NCBI GenBank assembly: GCA_002633005.1
Contig: NMRA01000204.1
Location: forward strand, 66,260-130,259
Source of the DNA: Phoronis australis
Lineage: Eukaryota > Animalia > Phoronida
DNA: 64,000 bases
Direction of reading: 5' to 3'
In this document: positions 1-13,199 of the stretch, piece after piece
Position numbering within the stretch: position 1 is the first letter of the stretch
Layout of the letters: every line of letters starts with the position of its first letter
The notes under the pieces: model-generated
What the model saw: the letters and a program-made list of their open reading frames with translations, nothing else
Told to the model about the DNA's origin: nothing
Database searches by the model: none
Translations under genes and position numbers: made by a program

Positions 1-427
1 AAAGACCACATGGTCAGCGACAGAAATCAAACTTCATTATGATTAATATCTAACCTGGTGATGACAGATTTCAGGCCCAAAATCGCATTCTTTTTCGATA
101 CCTGGACTCAAATATAAGGTACCTTATAGTCTGCCGGTTGCCGCCATTTCCTAGTGCTTTTCATCAACAGTGCATTTGTAACAACCTCTGTGATTGGTGA
201 GATGTGTGCTACCAAAAAAATGGTGGCAACTAGACGACTGTAGGGCATCTTGCTACTGAGCGCAGATATCATCGCGTGTGGACGTCTGCGGCAATAGTAA
301 TTGCCTACCTGTTATAGTTGTTCTCGTCTTTGTTGTTCTTCATTGTTATATAGTGACATAATACTCTGGAGAGTGAGGTCACTTGAACCAAGAAGAAGGA
401 GAAGAAGAGTCCTGTAGTGAAAAATCA

Positions 428-499
428 CCTAGTCCAAGTTTTGAAGCCGGTACCTCTTGCTTCAATGCCAGGCGTCTTAACTAGTCGACCAAAGAGCAA
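428..499 (-). mobile_element. Degenerate tRNA-derived SINE-like head
   Basis: Minus strand GCTCTTTGGTCGACTAGTTAAGACG...GGCTTCAAAAC has A-box-like and B-box-like motifs at tRNA spacing, but no intact cloverleaf. Confidence 0.3.
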
Positions 500-1280
500 T
501 TGCGCGTAGGCGAGTGATTAAGAGAGGTCTTTATATCACTAAACTCACTGCAGATTCACCACAGTCCCAACCAGCCAGCAGGCAATTGCGCGTTTAGAGA
601 GGTTCTATACGACCTGTACTTACACTACACCCAGAACCGGAAATTCACAACACTGTGACGTCTTTACTTAGAATTGAAGTTGAACTGAAGTAAACTCTTT
701 GCATGATTGAAAAATTGTACTTTACCCTTTAGTTTTAAAATTGGCCTCAATGTTGACAGTTAAAGTGAAGTTTGACTTCCGAATAGTATTTTCGAAGACG
801 GCTAAAACGCACGGTTAGTCGCATTCGTCAGATGAGATAGGCGTACAGAAACAGTCAGAGACTCACTCAGAACTAGGAACCAGGTTCCTAGCTCAGAAAC
901 ACATACCCTAAAAATGGTTCGAAGTTGTTCTGGCTTCTTGTGTTCTTGCAGCTTCAATACAATGAACATAAACTGCCCGTAGACGTACCACCTGCTATGC
1001 GTGAAATGAATTTTGCTGACTTTGCAGTAAAAGCCGAGTTTCGGCCGTAAACAAGAATTACGTTCGAACCACACTCACTAACTTGTCGGGCGCCATTTGT
1101 TTACGAAAACGAACGAGACTTCATTACGAGATCGTGAATCTCCGCGTTTTTCAGACTTCCATCGCGTCTTAAATAATTGTCCCATTTTTTTTCATCTCAA
1201 ACGCAGTGATTCTCTTAATATAAGACTAAATTTCTTTCCTAATCTTACCGATAAATTTTGTAGTCATTCAAAACATCTCT

Positions 1281-1688
1281 CTGATATGCGTGAACTTGGA
1301 ATCTTGCTTAATCTCAAGATCACGTATGCGTGAACTTGGAATACATGAGGAAACTTCACCAGTTCATTCAAATAATCACGTTCACGTTGATAAAAATTTG
1401 CAATGCACTAAATCTAATTACATGTTAATACAAAATTACAAATTTTGACCAATCCTTTTTCAACTATTGGCGATTTTTTTTCACCAAACAATAACCATTC
1501 GCATATTCCTCCGATTTGTTGAACAAGTTACGGTAAAGAGGAAAAACGGGTGATCATGAGGCCCATAATTCCAATATTTATTACACTGAACAAAAAATTT
1601 CACCTGATTGCCCAAATGAGTATCCGATTCCAAGTTCACTCATAGGTAATCTTGAGATTAAGCAGGATTCCAAGTTCATGCACAGCAG
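1281..1688. mobile_element. MITE-like element ~100 bp upstream of the SDR start codon
   Basis: ~60-bp inverted repeats GCGTGAACTTGGAATCTTGCTTAATCTCAAGAT... (1288-1343) and ...ATCTTGAGATTAAGCAGGATTCCAAGTTCATGC (1627-1681) around an AT-rich core. Confidence 0.65.
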
Positions 1689-1788
1689 CTTGGTCTCTTA
1701 CCTTCTCCGCTTGGAGACGCCCCACTCAAAGGCGGAAACTCTCATTATTTGGTCAGATGCACAGGTGCCTGTGGTCAGATGTGAACAA

Positions 1789-4700
1789 ATGGAGGCGAAA
1801 ACTCTTGCAGTTTTGACCAGTGTGTCCGTTATAGCATTCATAGGATTCTGGTTATTTCTTCCGTTTATTGTTGGTGCTATTTTGCTTCTAGTTGTTCTTA
1901 CGATTTACAAAAAATACAAACCACAAACATACGTCGAATCCACTGGAAAAGCTATATTCATTACGGGTAAATGTTCCACTCTCTACTCTACTCTCTAGTC
2001 TGGACTGGTTGATGATGGCGATGTCGCTGAGCTGAACGAGGCTCTGGGGCTCGGTAGTTGGTCCTCTATGGGTAACTTCTCAACCGATAGTTGTTGCCGG
2101 TGGCTGGCGAAAATTTTTGAGTGAAAAAATACAGAGAACTCATCAAGTTGAGACTTACTCATTTTACTGTCAATAAATTTTGTCCTTTTATGCGCCCATG
2201 TATTTATATGTGGGCACTTTATGCTGTCATCCCTGTCCCTGTGACTTGTCCAGCATCCCTTGCTGTATCCAAAACCCCTTGGATAAATTTTAATAAAATT
2301 TTGCAGATATGCAGTTCCATTCATGGATGGGACGGCATAGTATGCATCTACTGGTCTGCCCCCTAGTGACAGTTTTTAAGTTTGTCTCTGTTTCTTCGTA
2401 ATTCTGAAATTAGGCAAAAAGGTATCAGGGAGACGATACCACATTCAAGTTTTCTGATGGACTTCATGTATTTTACCCTACCTAGTGGCTATTTTTACTG
2501 TTTTAAGTTTGTTTTTGGTGCTCCATTGGCCAAGCCACTTGAAAGATGACTATGAGAATTGGCATATATGTTCTTACTGGGAAGAGGACTGCTGACCATG
2601 ATTTTTTGCGGACAGCTCTAACTACTGTCGTACCTCCTGGTGGCACCTCCTCGGTGGCAGGATGGTGACGACTTTCATACATATCTGATTACTGCTGTGC
2701 CCCCCCCCCCCCNTATACTGTAGTGGCAATTTTACTTTTTTCTGTTTTCTTCTTTATCTTTGAGTTCCTTGACAGAGTTTTATGAAACTTGGCAAATAGA
2801 ATTAAAAACATGGTGACACCTTCCTGTTTTCAGATGAATTTGATTTGGTGTACACCACTTAATCTCCATTTTTATTTTTTTAATATGTTTTTAGTGTCTG
2901 CCTCACACTGTGACAAGACAATTTCGGGACAGTTAACTTTCAAACCCCTGGCATCGTGTCCAAATTGACTAGGGAAAAATTATTTATTTATAATTGAAAC
3001 CGATTTCATAATGGTTAGCCGTTTAAATCAAAATTTTTTGTGATGGACGGGGGTTTACATATATAGCCATTTTAAATGTGTGCGTGTGTGTTTGTGAATA
3101 GGCTAAAAAAGCCAAAATTGGTTCTGGTCTTTCCCTAACTCATTTTGAAACCTACGCTCAACTTTCACATCAGTTTCAGCCAAGGCTTCATTTTTTTTCA
3201 AAATTCAGCACAAGTCACGTAGACAAGGCTTGGAATGCCATGATTTGACAAGCGATGAGTTAAAAAAATTCGACATCATTTTTGTTCATCTCTGGTGCAT
3301 TTTCTGTTTTGAAAAAGTACTGTTCCGTCATCTCGATTTTCAAAAAAACTTACCAGAACCAATTTGGCTTTTCTGGCCTTATGTCAATTAATTGTTTAAC
3401 AGAAAAAGAACCGTCACCTTGTTATGTCTTGGTTTGCCTTGTTAGAGCCTCAAACCGAAGTCACTGTCTGTTTCCAACCTTTACAGATAAATTGAGCCTC
3501 CAGGACTTCAGTTTCCTTTTTAACAAAAGGCTTCTCAAAATGATGCCTGATTTTCCATATTGCATATTTTGTAGGGTGTGACAGTGGGTTTGGGAATTTG
3601 CTGGCACAGAGACTAGATAAATTGGGGTTTCAAGTGTTTGCTGGCTGTTTGTTTGCTCACAAAGGTGGAGCTGTGGATCTCAAGTCGAAATGCTCCAAAA
3701 GACTTCACTTATTAACTGTAGATGTCACTAGTGACCGACAGGTATCAAGAGCTCTGGAGTATGTGAAATCTAACATGATGGACAATAGTGAGTTTTAAAT
3801 GCAGTGTTCTTTAAAATTAACTGAACAAAAAGTTACATTCCAGTCATGATTGACCTACTGTTTACAGTAAATATTCTACATGGTTAACGGACTCATAAAC
3901 ACGGTCACGGATGCATGAACAAGACTCACGTACCTGCAAACACCATCCACTGACTCACAAACACGGGAACGTACTCACAAAACACGATCTATTCACCCAA
4001 ATACACGGGACACGGACTCACGTTCACGAAGAAACACGCTTAACGGACCCCCAAAAACAAGTCACGGACTCATCAGCTTCCTGGGTCAGCTGACATCTAC
4101 ATTTTGTCCGTAAACCGTGTTTGGTGGTCCTTGAACCGTCTTTCTTCGTGAATGTGAGTCCGTGTCCCATGTATTTGAGTGAATGGATCGTGTTTTGTGA
4201 GTCCATTCCCGTGTTTGCGAGTCAGTGAACAGTGTTTGCAGGTACGTGAGTCGTGTTCATGCGTCCGTGACCGTGTTTATGAGTCCCTTAACCTGTAGCT
4301 TAGGTACTTTGATATTGAACAATGATTTTTCTGAAGTGATGATAGCCAACTGAATTCTGACATACAAGAAAATAATTGAAGCTCATTCTGCTATTTGTAA
4401 AACACCACAGAAAACACTAGAATCCTAAGTGTTAATACAGTGTTATGATAACATGTCACACAGTTATCACTAGGTGCATGGCATAATGTCAACTGACACT
4501 GAGTTCTGTTCACTGTCAAACTGTACCTGGTCATGTATAGCATTTCACACCTGCGCTGTGGAATAAGTATCCAGACTGTCTGATCGGCCAGTCAGGATAC
4601 AGCTGTGTCCTTATCAGTTTGACTATGGCAAACCAATGTTTACACAGTCCAGCTCTCTTAATGTCTGTTTTCATCTACTAAGCTCATGTAGTCCTGCAAA

Positions 4701-7700
4701 TATGTTGTAAACAGTGCGCCTGACGCTAACCGATATTTAAAGCAACCGACTTTCAACGAATGTCGTGAACCAGATGTGTTTGGTATGAAATACTTTAACC
4801 AAAAAACTTTGAATGGAGATAAAGAGACTTTAGAGTTAAGTTTCACCAGCTGATTCCTTTATGTGATTGCAAGTTCTGACCAGCTAAACCACAGTATTGT
4901 GTATCAACACAAAAGGCTTGCTTGACAAGTTTAATGGAGCATGATTCTAGTTTAGGTCCTCATAGTGGAAACATCTTGATTTTTACACTCCAAGAGAATG
5001 GTACGTAATGGAATAGGTGGTGGACATCTAATGTACAGTCTACTGTGATGGGCAACCGCAAAAATAAACACGTTGCCGTATTCCAGATGTCTGGGTATCG
5101 TCTCGTTTCTTAGCGCTTGAGAAAATATTTGTGAAGTGCACCGTCTTTGAATTTGAAAATTTGCTGACGTTCTTCTTCTTTCATTTTATCTTCAATTCTA
5201 TATTTGTTTCTGTGGCTCGTCACCATGTTTTGTTCAAATTCAACTCTCTGCACCGGCTTGCTTTCATTTTTCTCTAGAACTTTGGGCTGTTGTGAACAAT
5301 GCCGGCATAGCTGAGGTTGCCCCAGCGGAGTGGTCAAAGATTGCCACGTATGAAAAGGTCATGTCCATCAACTACATGGGTACAGTCAGGGTTTCTATGG
5401 CATTTCTTCCTCTGCTGAGAGACTCAGTGGGCCGGCTGGTTAATGTGTCCAGTTTATCAGGTATACCCTGAGGTATAATTACTTGTCAATGAGTGTTCGT
5501 AGCATAGTGAAACTGGCATCAAGGAGACACCATTCCAATGTTATAGCTTATAGAATATACATAATGTGTCTGCATTGTACGTACAAATGAGCTGAAAGAT
5601 TTCGAATGGCATCTTTTGTTCTTATTAAAATCTCTGACTTGTTTTTCCTATAGGTCACGGATAATGTACATTTCTTACATGTTTGAGTTTGCTCGTTTGT
5701 TAGTCCGTGTGTTGGCGTTACGTACTCGGGAATGTAGTCGCCAAATGTATCCTCCTTTTCAGGACGGTCTGCTATCCCCGGTTTTGGTACCTATGCACCC
5801 TCCAAGTCTGCTGTGATTTCCTTTTCTGATATCCTTCGCCGAGAACAGAAAAAATTCGGTGTGAAAGTGATCACAGTCGAACCAGCCTTATACAAGCAAG
5901 TACTTGTGCTGTTTTTAAGTGGGAACAAAAGTTTTCCTGTGTTAGGTGACCCATATGCCAAATTCTAGTTTAAGAAAATGTGAGTTATACCCAAATTTAG
6001 ATGTTTTTACATTACGACGTGATTGGTTCAGGCACCTAAACCCACATGAACATTTGAGTATTTTCAAAAAAGCAGTGATGTCAGAGCACTTTTACAAATG
6101 GTGGCTTTCATGAGAGGCCATCACAATCGGGTTCTTATCACGACAATATTTTATGCACCAAATATTTTCAGAAGTGATAAGACATGGAAATTAAAAGCTA
6201 ATGTCTTTGGCGGAATGTGGTACTATAACCACTTTTGAAACACAGATTTTTTGGACTTTGACCATTTCATTAAAAGAGCTACCTTGTTATATGTTTAAGT
6301 TAATTTTGCACATGATGTGTTTATAGCAAAACTATACTTCAAACTGTATGTTGAATTTCAGAAATTGAAATTGATCTCAAAATAGTAGATTTTTTTAACA
6401 ATTGTTCACACTGCAATTTTTGCTTGAATCGTATTTACAAAATCTTGTAAATTAAATATGCAAATCTTAGAACAACATCCAACAGGATTACAACTGCCGG
6501 TAGTCAATTATAATGTCGCCAAATTTTGAGAACCAGTTTGATGCCTGTTATTCAGTGGAGAAAACTGGTTCTCAAAGTGGGGGCACGTTATATCCTACTA
6601 TCACCATTACAATTAACTCAGCTAAAATCACTTTGTCATGAGGAGGCTTTTACAGTTACAAAGTACCTAAACTTCACGGTTAACGAACTCCTAAACACGG
6701 TTACGGGCACAAAAACATGACTCACATATCTGCAAACACTGTTCACTGACTCACATACACAGGATCGGACTCACAAAACACGATCCATTCACTCAAAATA
6801 CACTGTCACGGATTCACATTCACGAAGAAACACGGTTAACGGACCGCCCAACACGCTAAACCAATCAATGCCATCTTGAGGCTTGCGGACGAGGCTGACC
6901 CGGGAAGCCGATTAGTCCATGACTTCGTATTTGGCATGCTTTATCGGAGTGAACCGTGTTTGCCGGTTGGTTAACCGTGTTTTGTGAATCTGATCCCATG
7001 TATGTGAGTCAGTGAACGGTGTTTGCAGGTACGTGAGTCGTGTTTTTGCGTCCGCGAGCGTGTTGAGAAATCCGTTAACTTTGTAGTTTAGATACCTTGA
7101 GTTACAGCCCCTTATTCAGCTGCTCACTCTTACAGTGCCTGTTGAACTTGTCTACTGTATGCAGAGTTCCTAAGCTAATGGAGGGAAATGTAATCAGGAG
7201 ACAGCTTCCCAAATGCTTTCAAAGTTCACAGATTTTTAAAAATCAAAGGCTCAACTCTGTTAATTTTTGTTGCTGACAAATATTGTGAATGTCAGACTAT
7301 GTATATTACTGGCTTCCATTTAAATGATAAAAATATTGTCCCTTTTGGAACCGAAGAACCGTGCCTTGATGTTGAAAGTGTACAGCCGTTTCGTCAATAT
7401 CTCACGGGAATCCCGTAACAGATCTGAATACACTACAGGTAGATCAAGTCCGTGAGATATGGATGAAACAGCTGCACACTTTCCACGTCAAGGTACGATT
7501 CTTTGGTTCCAAAAAGGGATCTTAACTCATTATTTTTATTGTGAAGGTCATTTTCTAGAATTTTTAAGTTTTAAGTTTTTGTAAATTGGGCCTCAGTTGC
7601 CTACCACTGTTTACGACACAATAAGAATACACTTAATAAAGCCTCGCCAACTCCAACAATAGATTACCCTTGGACACACAAGGGATTGGTGCTTATGGCT

Positions 7701-10486
7701 TTTTTATTAATTACATCAGTTTTTGGCCATAATAGAATCAAAAAGCAGACCCTACAGCTATGGTGATGACCTGTTTACTATTTCTTGCCATTGTTGTTGC
7801 ACTCATTTCACTTCATGGATGTAACCTGACTCATATGTCGACAGTTGTTATCTGATTGTTTTTATCCTGATGATGTCTAATGAATAGATGAAATGTGAAC
7901 TTTTTCATTTGTAAAGCCATTGTCCGTTTTTTTTTCTAAGGCTTTTGATATTGAGGCTGTGGAGTAAAAAAGCACCGATTCATGTAGAAATTTGTGCGAA
8001 GGATATATGTAATGGAAATTTTACTAAATGTAAAACTCTTTACAAAAACGGTGATTTTCAAAATGCTCATGTAGTGTTTTGACTAATTTTGTGTGGTACA
8101 TAATTGATAACTAATCTTTTCAACCTTTTGGTTTTGCAGAACTGCTATTTCCAACGTGGACTCGCACACCCAGAGATTGTCAGACTTGTGGAATGATTTA
8201 CACGATGATGTTAAGTCTGTCTATGGCCAGAAGCATATTGACCAGTTCCACAAGCTGCTGATGAAATATTCCGAGACTGGAAATCCAAATATTGAAGAGG
8301 TAATCTAGCAGTATTCCTGAGTGAATTCTGTTCTAACTTCATAAAGGATAAGTGTCTATAATATGCTTTGGATATCACCATCGACTTAATTCACACATCT
8401 AATTGAAGGTAACATAGGCACACTCAGTTTGTAAACTTGAAGGTCAAGGTCTAACAATGTATCCATCACAGCACCAGGTAATATGTATCTTGTGTATTTC
8501 AACTGAGACCTTGGTTTAGGGTCGTGGTCAGAATGCTATTATTGGCCTATGCCTGAACCTGTAGTCACATGGTCTTGACTCGTTTTGGTGGCTTGACGTT
8601 CGTCTCTCTGTAGCATTCTTAGTGTTGACTCCAAACCAAGACAGAGTTGTGATATACAAAATAGTGCCATTTGTATTAGCAATTTACTTGTTTGTTGAAA
8701 GCAGTTTCACTGCGCATGAACATGTCATAAATGGGTTCATATTGCTATCATATCTACTTATTAAACAAATCTTCATGATATTTGGCAGATGTGTTCCTGT
8801 TAGTATATATAGTCCTTCTTTGAGGTGCATTTTGTTACATATGACGTGTTTGAAATAAGATGCTCCTGGTTGGGATTAAGACTGTGTTATAACTGGTTCA
8901 AAGTCCCCACACATAAAGTCCCCATTTTTTGTGCTCCCACATATTGCTATGTGGGTGCATTATTCCATTATCCTGTCTGTCCGGCGGGTGGTCGCCATCT
9001 GCTGCTGTATCTCCAAAACCCTTGGTGGATGTTCATGAAATTTTGTAGGCATGTTCCTATCATGGGTGGGACAGCACCCATTTGTTTGCGTTTGCCTCTG
9101 TATTTTTGGATTTCCTTGGTGGATTTGCATGAAGTTTAGCGAAAAGAAATTTACCAAGGAGATGGTGAAACCTTGTTTTCAGGAGGATTTGACATTTTGC
9201 ACTACCTAATGAGGGTTTTTGCTGTTTTCAAATATGCCTCTCTGTCGGTCAAACCACTCTAAGGACGATTACGAAAATTGGCATTTGTGTTCTTACTGGG
9301 AAGAGGACAGCTGTTGATGATTTTCTGAAAGTGCCGGCTACTGTGATGCCTCCTAGTGGCAGTCTTTTTTGCGTCTGCCGGTGTAAATTATGGAACCCCT
9401 TGGAGGAACTTGGCCATTGCATTTCTATGAAAGTGACAACAGTTGACGACGACTTCCTGACGGATCCAATTACCACTGTGCCCCCTAGTGGCAATTTTAT
9501 TTTTTATGTTTTCCTCAGTGTGTTCAGAGTTCCTTGGTGAATTTTCATGAAATTTGGCAAATTCGTTTACATCTGGAGTTCTCAAGTGGCAGTTTACCAT
9601 CAATATTTGGGTTCTCAGTCTTCCCTTTTGAAAATTTAAATGTCTCTAATTTTTGTGTTGATGCAAGTAAAAAATGTCGTAGTTGCCGTTTGCTGTGCAT
9701 CGATGGGGCCATGGGTGTTTTTCATGCCTCTTGTTTTTTATTATGAGGGCCGTGTGCATGGAATGGTTTATTTCATTTTCTCTAAATACTAAATACACAA
9801 TCCTTTTATTCGTCCCTTAAAATGCAACACAATGCTGTCAACGATATCGTAATCTTAGATTAAAAAATCAATTCTTTATGTTCTAATTTGAATGAATTTA
9901 AAATTTAATAAACAGTTTCATTTCTCTCAAATCATGACACTAGTACTATTTAAAGCTGCTTTTCACCCTATTTGCCTGGTTAAATATGGAAATTGAATTA
10001 GTCATTTTACTCTCATAAAACCAGCCTTATAATCCTCCTTACCATGATACAAATCCATTTCTGTTACCAACTTCGAAGTTGAAAACAGAACTAAACTTTT
10101 TGTTTGTAAGCTTGACACTGGTGCGCTCGTAGTGTCAGAACAATCTCCCTTCTTCATGTGTCAGACATCAATTAAAATTCCCTCGCATGACTGGCAGTAA
10201 AATATGTGCTCGGCTGAAAAGTTCATGTCATAACTGATAACAAAACGACATAATTTTAGCTACATATTTGACATATATATTGCAACAAAACTGAGAGCCC
10301 TCCCGTACCTGACAATGATTCTGATTTGTTGTTCTCTAGGCAATCGACTGCTTGGCAGATGCCGTCATGGTAACTGATCCTCCAGTAAGGTACATCCCGA
10401 ATCTCTCCGTTGCGATGAAACACTACATACTATCTCCATTACCAACCTGGGTTTTGGACAAGTTGTTGTCTCTGGTGTACGGTTAA
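1789..10486 (+). CDS. Classical short-chain dehydrogenase/reductase, BDH1/retinol dehydrogenase/17beta-HSD6-like, N-terminal membrane anchor, ~337 aa, 6 exons
   Basis: Exons 1789-1966, 3575-3787, 5278-5460, 5763-5895, 8140-8299, 10340-10486 join in frame (1014 nt). Motifs: hydrophobic N-terminus, IFITGCDSGFG (TGxxxGxG), LWAVVNNAGI, GRLVNVSS, catalytic YAPSK (YxxxK), VITVEPALYKT. Intron 4 needs a GC donor. AATAAA ~40 nt after the stop. Confidence 0.92.
3876..4311. mobile_element. Palindromic MITE family A, copy 1
   Basis: ~190-bp inverted arms (GGTTAACGGACTCATAAACACGG...CCGTGTTTATGAGTCCCTTAACC); ATATT on both flanks (5-bp TSD, left terminus eroded). Confidence 0.75.
6499..6605. mobile_element. 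~110-bp hairpin MITE family B (six copies in window)
   Basis: Core TTTTGAGAACCAGTTTGATG.CTGTTATTCAGTGGAGAAAACTGGTTCTCAAA with TIR arms; other copies ~15896-16000, ~20612-20719, ~23864-23973, ~43737-43848 and a deleted copy ~47670-47735. Confidence 0.75.
6659..7099. mobile_element. Palindromic MITE family A, copy 2
   Basis: Termini CAAAGTACC...GATACCTTG, 5-bp TSD AGTTA on both sides, homologous to 3876-4311. More diverged copies at ~10570-10830 and ~12655-13160. Confidence 0.75.
7340..7518. mobile_element. Short palindromic MITE-like element
   Basis: ~68-bp imperfect inverted arms CCCTTTTGGAACC...TATCTCACGG / CCGTGAGATA...GGTTCCAAAAAGGG. Confidence 0.65.
8760..9745 (+). repeat. Dispersed ~1-kb repeat with internal CC(C/T)CTAGTGGC / TTCATGAAATTTGGCA units
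   Basis: Related segments at ~2190-2860, 10967-11850, ~25900-26520 and inverted at ~43190-43350; responsible for the recurring PLGG-type spurious ORFs. Confidence 0.7.
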
Positions 10487-13052
10487 TGATAGAATTTGCT
10501 TCTTAACTATGATCAGTAAATAGCGGTTAATAAAGTCTCAGTTTGCTACCTCTGTTCAAGGCTAGCCGAACAGCACGGTACTCGCACTGATGAACTCGCC
10601 TTGTAGACCTGTAAACTTGGCTCACAAATGTGGCTCTGTCCTCGTAAAACACGGCTTCAGGCACCCAAAATCACGGCTTACTGACTCGCATGACTATGAA
10701 TCACATGTATGACTTAGCAAAGAGTCTGTGAGCCATGTTTACATATGCCACAGCTGTGTGTTTTGGCCAAGGTACCATACTTTTTGTAACTGCAGGGTGA
10801 TGTTTATGAGTCAGTGAACTGAGTGTATGGGTCCTAGTGGCAGATTTAGGGGAGGCCAAGGGGGGAATTGCCCCCCCCCTCTAAAGTTCTCCCGTATTCC
10901 ATTTGGCAGTTCGAAGGTGCAGATGTCTGATGGGCAAAATCCTGGCTAATACTCTGCCCTAGCCCNATATGACGTGTTTGAAATAAGATGCTCCTGTAAG
11001 ACTGTAATAACTGGTTCGAAGTCCCCATACATAAAGTCCCCATTTTTGTGCTCCCACATATTGCTATGTGGGTGCATTATTCCATTATCCTGTCTGTCCG
11101 GCTGGGCGGTCGCCATCCGCTGCTGTATCTCCAAAACCCTTGGTGGATGTTCATGAAATTTTGTAGGCATGTTCCTATCATGGATGGGACAGCACCCATT
11201 TGTTTGAGTTTGCCTCTGTATTCTTTGATTTCCTTGGTGGATTTGCATGAAGTTTAGCAAAAAGGAGTTGGTGAAACCTTGTTTTCAGGAGGATTTGACA
11301 TTTTGCACTACCTAATGAGGGTTTTTGCTGTTTTCAAATATGCCTCTCTATTGGTCAAACCAATCTAAGGACGATTACGAAAATTGGCATTTGTGTTCTT
11401 ACTGGGAAGAGAACAGCTGTTGATGATTTTCTGAAAGTTCCGGCTACTGTGATGCCTCCTAGTGGCAGTCTTTTTTGCGTCTGCCGCTGTAAATTATGGA
11501 ACCCCTTGGAGGAACTTTGCCATTGCATTTCTATGAAAGTGACAACAGTTGACGACGACTTCCTGACGGATCCAATTACCACTGTGCCCCCTAGTGGCAA
11601 TTTTTTTTTTATATTTTCCTCGGTGTGTTCAGAGTTCCTTGGTGAATTTTCATGAAATTTGGCATATCCGTTTACATCTGGAGTTCTCAAGTGGCAGTAT
11701 ACCATCAATATGTGGGTTCTCATTCTTCCCTTTTGAAAAATTTAAATGTCACTAATTTTTCTGTTGATGCAAGTAAAAAATGTCATAGTTGCCGTTTGCT
11801 GTGCATCGATGGGGCCATGGGTGTTTTTCATGCCTCTTGTTTTTTATTATGAGGGCCGTGTGCATGGAATGGTTCATTTCATTTTCTCTAAATACTAAAT
11901 ACACAATCCTTTTATTCGTCCCTTAAAATGCAACACAATACTTTCAACGATATCGTAATCTTAGATTAAAAAATCAATTCTTTATGCTCTAATTTGAATG
12001 AATTTAAAATTTAATAAACAGTTTCATTTCTCTCAAATCATGACACTAGTACTATTTAAAGCTGCTTTTCACCCTATTTGCCTGGTTAAATATGGAAATT
12101 GAATTAGTCATTTTACTCTCATAAAACCAGCCTTATAATCCTCCTTACCATGATACAAATCCATTTCTGTTACCAACTTCGTTGAAAACAGAACTAAACT
12201 TTTTGTTTGTAAGCTTGACACTGAGAACAATCTCCTTTCTTCATGTGTCAGACATCAATTAAAATTCCCTCGCATGACTGGCAGTAAAATATGTGCTCGG
12301 CTGAAAAGTTCATGTCATAACTGATAACAAAACGACATAATTTTAGCTACATATTTGACATATATATTGCAACAAAACTGAGAGCCCTCCCGTACCTGAC
12401 AATGATTCTGATTTGTTGTTCTCTAGGCAATCGACTGCTTGGCAGATGCCGTCATGGTAACTGATCCTCCAGTAAGGTACATCCCGAATCTCTCCGTTGC
12501 GATGAAACACTACATACTATCTCCATTACCAACCTGGGTTTTGGACAAGTTGTTGTCTCTGGTGTACGGTTAATGATAGAATTTGCTTCTTAACTATGAT
12601 CAGTAAATAGCGGTTAATAAAGTCTCAGTTTGCTACCTCTGTTCAAGGCTAGCCGAACAGCACGGTACTCGCACTGATGAACTCGCCTTGTAGACCTGTA
12701 AACTTGGCTCACAAATGTGGCTCTGTCCTCGTAAAACACGGCTTCAGGCACCCAAAATCACGGCTTACTGACTCGCATGACTATGAATCATATGTATGAC
12801 TTAGCAAAGAGTCTGTGAGCCATGTTTACATATGCCAGAGCTGTGTGTTTTGGCCAAGGTACCATACTTTTTGTAACTGCAGGGTGATGTTTATGAGTCA
12901 GTGAACTGAGTGTATGGGTCCTAGTGGCAGATTTAGGGGAGGCCAAGGGGGGAATTGCCCCCCCCCTCTAAAGTTCTCCCGTATTCCATTTGGCAGTTCG
13001 AAGGTGCAGATGTCTGATGGGCAAAATCCTGGCTAATACTCTGCCCTAGCCC
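8839..13052 (+). repeat. ~2.1-kb direct duplication across a single-n join (8839-10965 / 10967-13052)
   Basis: Near-identical copies with scattered SNPs and small indels; junction exactly at n10966. Confidence 0.9.
12427..12573 (+). other. Second copy of the SDR terminal exon inside the haplotype-overlap duplication
   Basis: Matches 10340-10486 including acceptor and TAA; lies in the block duplicated across the single n at 10966. Confidence 0.85.
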
Positions 13053-13088
13053 CCCCTCCCCCAACTCAAAATCCTGGATCCGCCCCTG
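12922..13088. mobile_element. MITE family E nested inside a family-A remnant
   Basis: TAGTGGCAGATTTAGG...CCTGGATCCGCCCCTG; truncated copy 10835-10965 and an inverted copy ~20720-20881. Confidence 0.6.
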
Positions 13089-13199
13089 GGTCTGCGAGCC
13101 GTGTTCATGATAGTGTTTTGTGACTCTGAGAGCCATGTTGTTTGGGTAACCTGTATTCTGTTCATGTTTAATTTTGATCTAGTGATTAAGTACTTCAGT

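Noticed and set aside
4060-4112. Hammerhead-like core CTGATGAGTCC on the minus strand in the centre of MITE family A
   Set aside because: GAAA is replaced by AAAA, stems I and III cannot form, and the second copy has CCGATTA instead of CTGATGA.
8825-11852. Multiple 60-120 aa ORFs occurring in two copies
   Set aside because: They derive from a non-coding dispersed repeat duplicated by the haplotype overlap; no domain motifs.
10340-12573. Apparent duplicated or alternative terminal exon of the SDR gene
   Set aside because: The copies match and sit on either side of a single-n join; treated as an assembly artefact.
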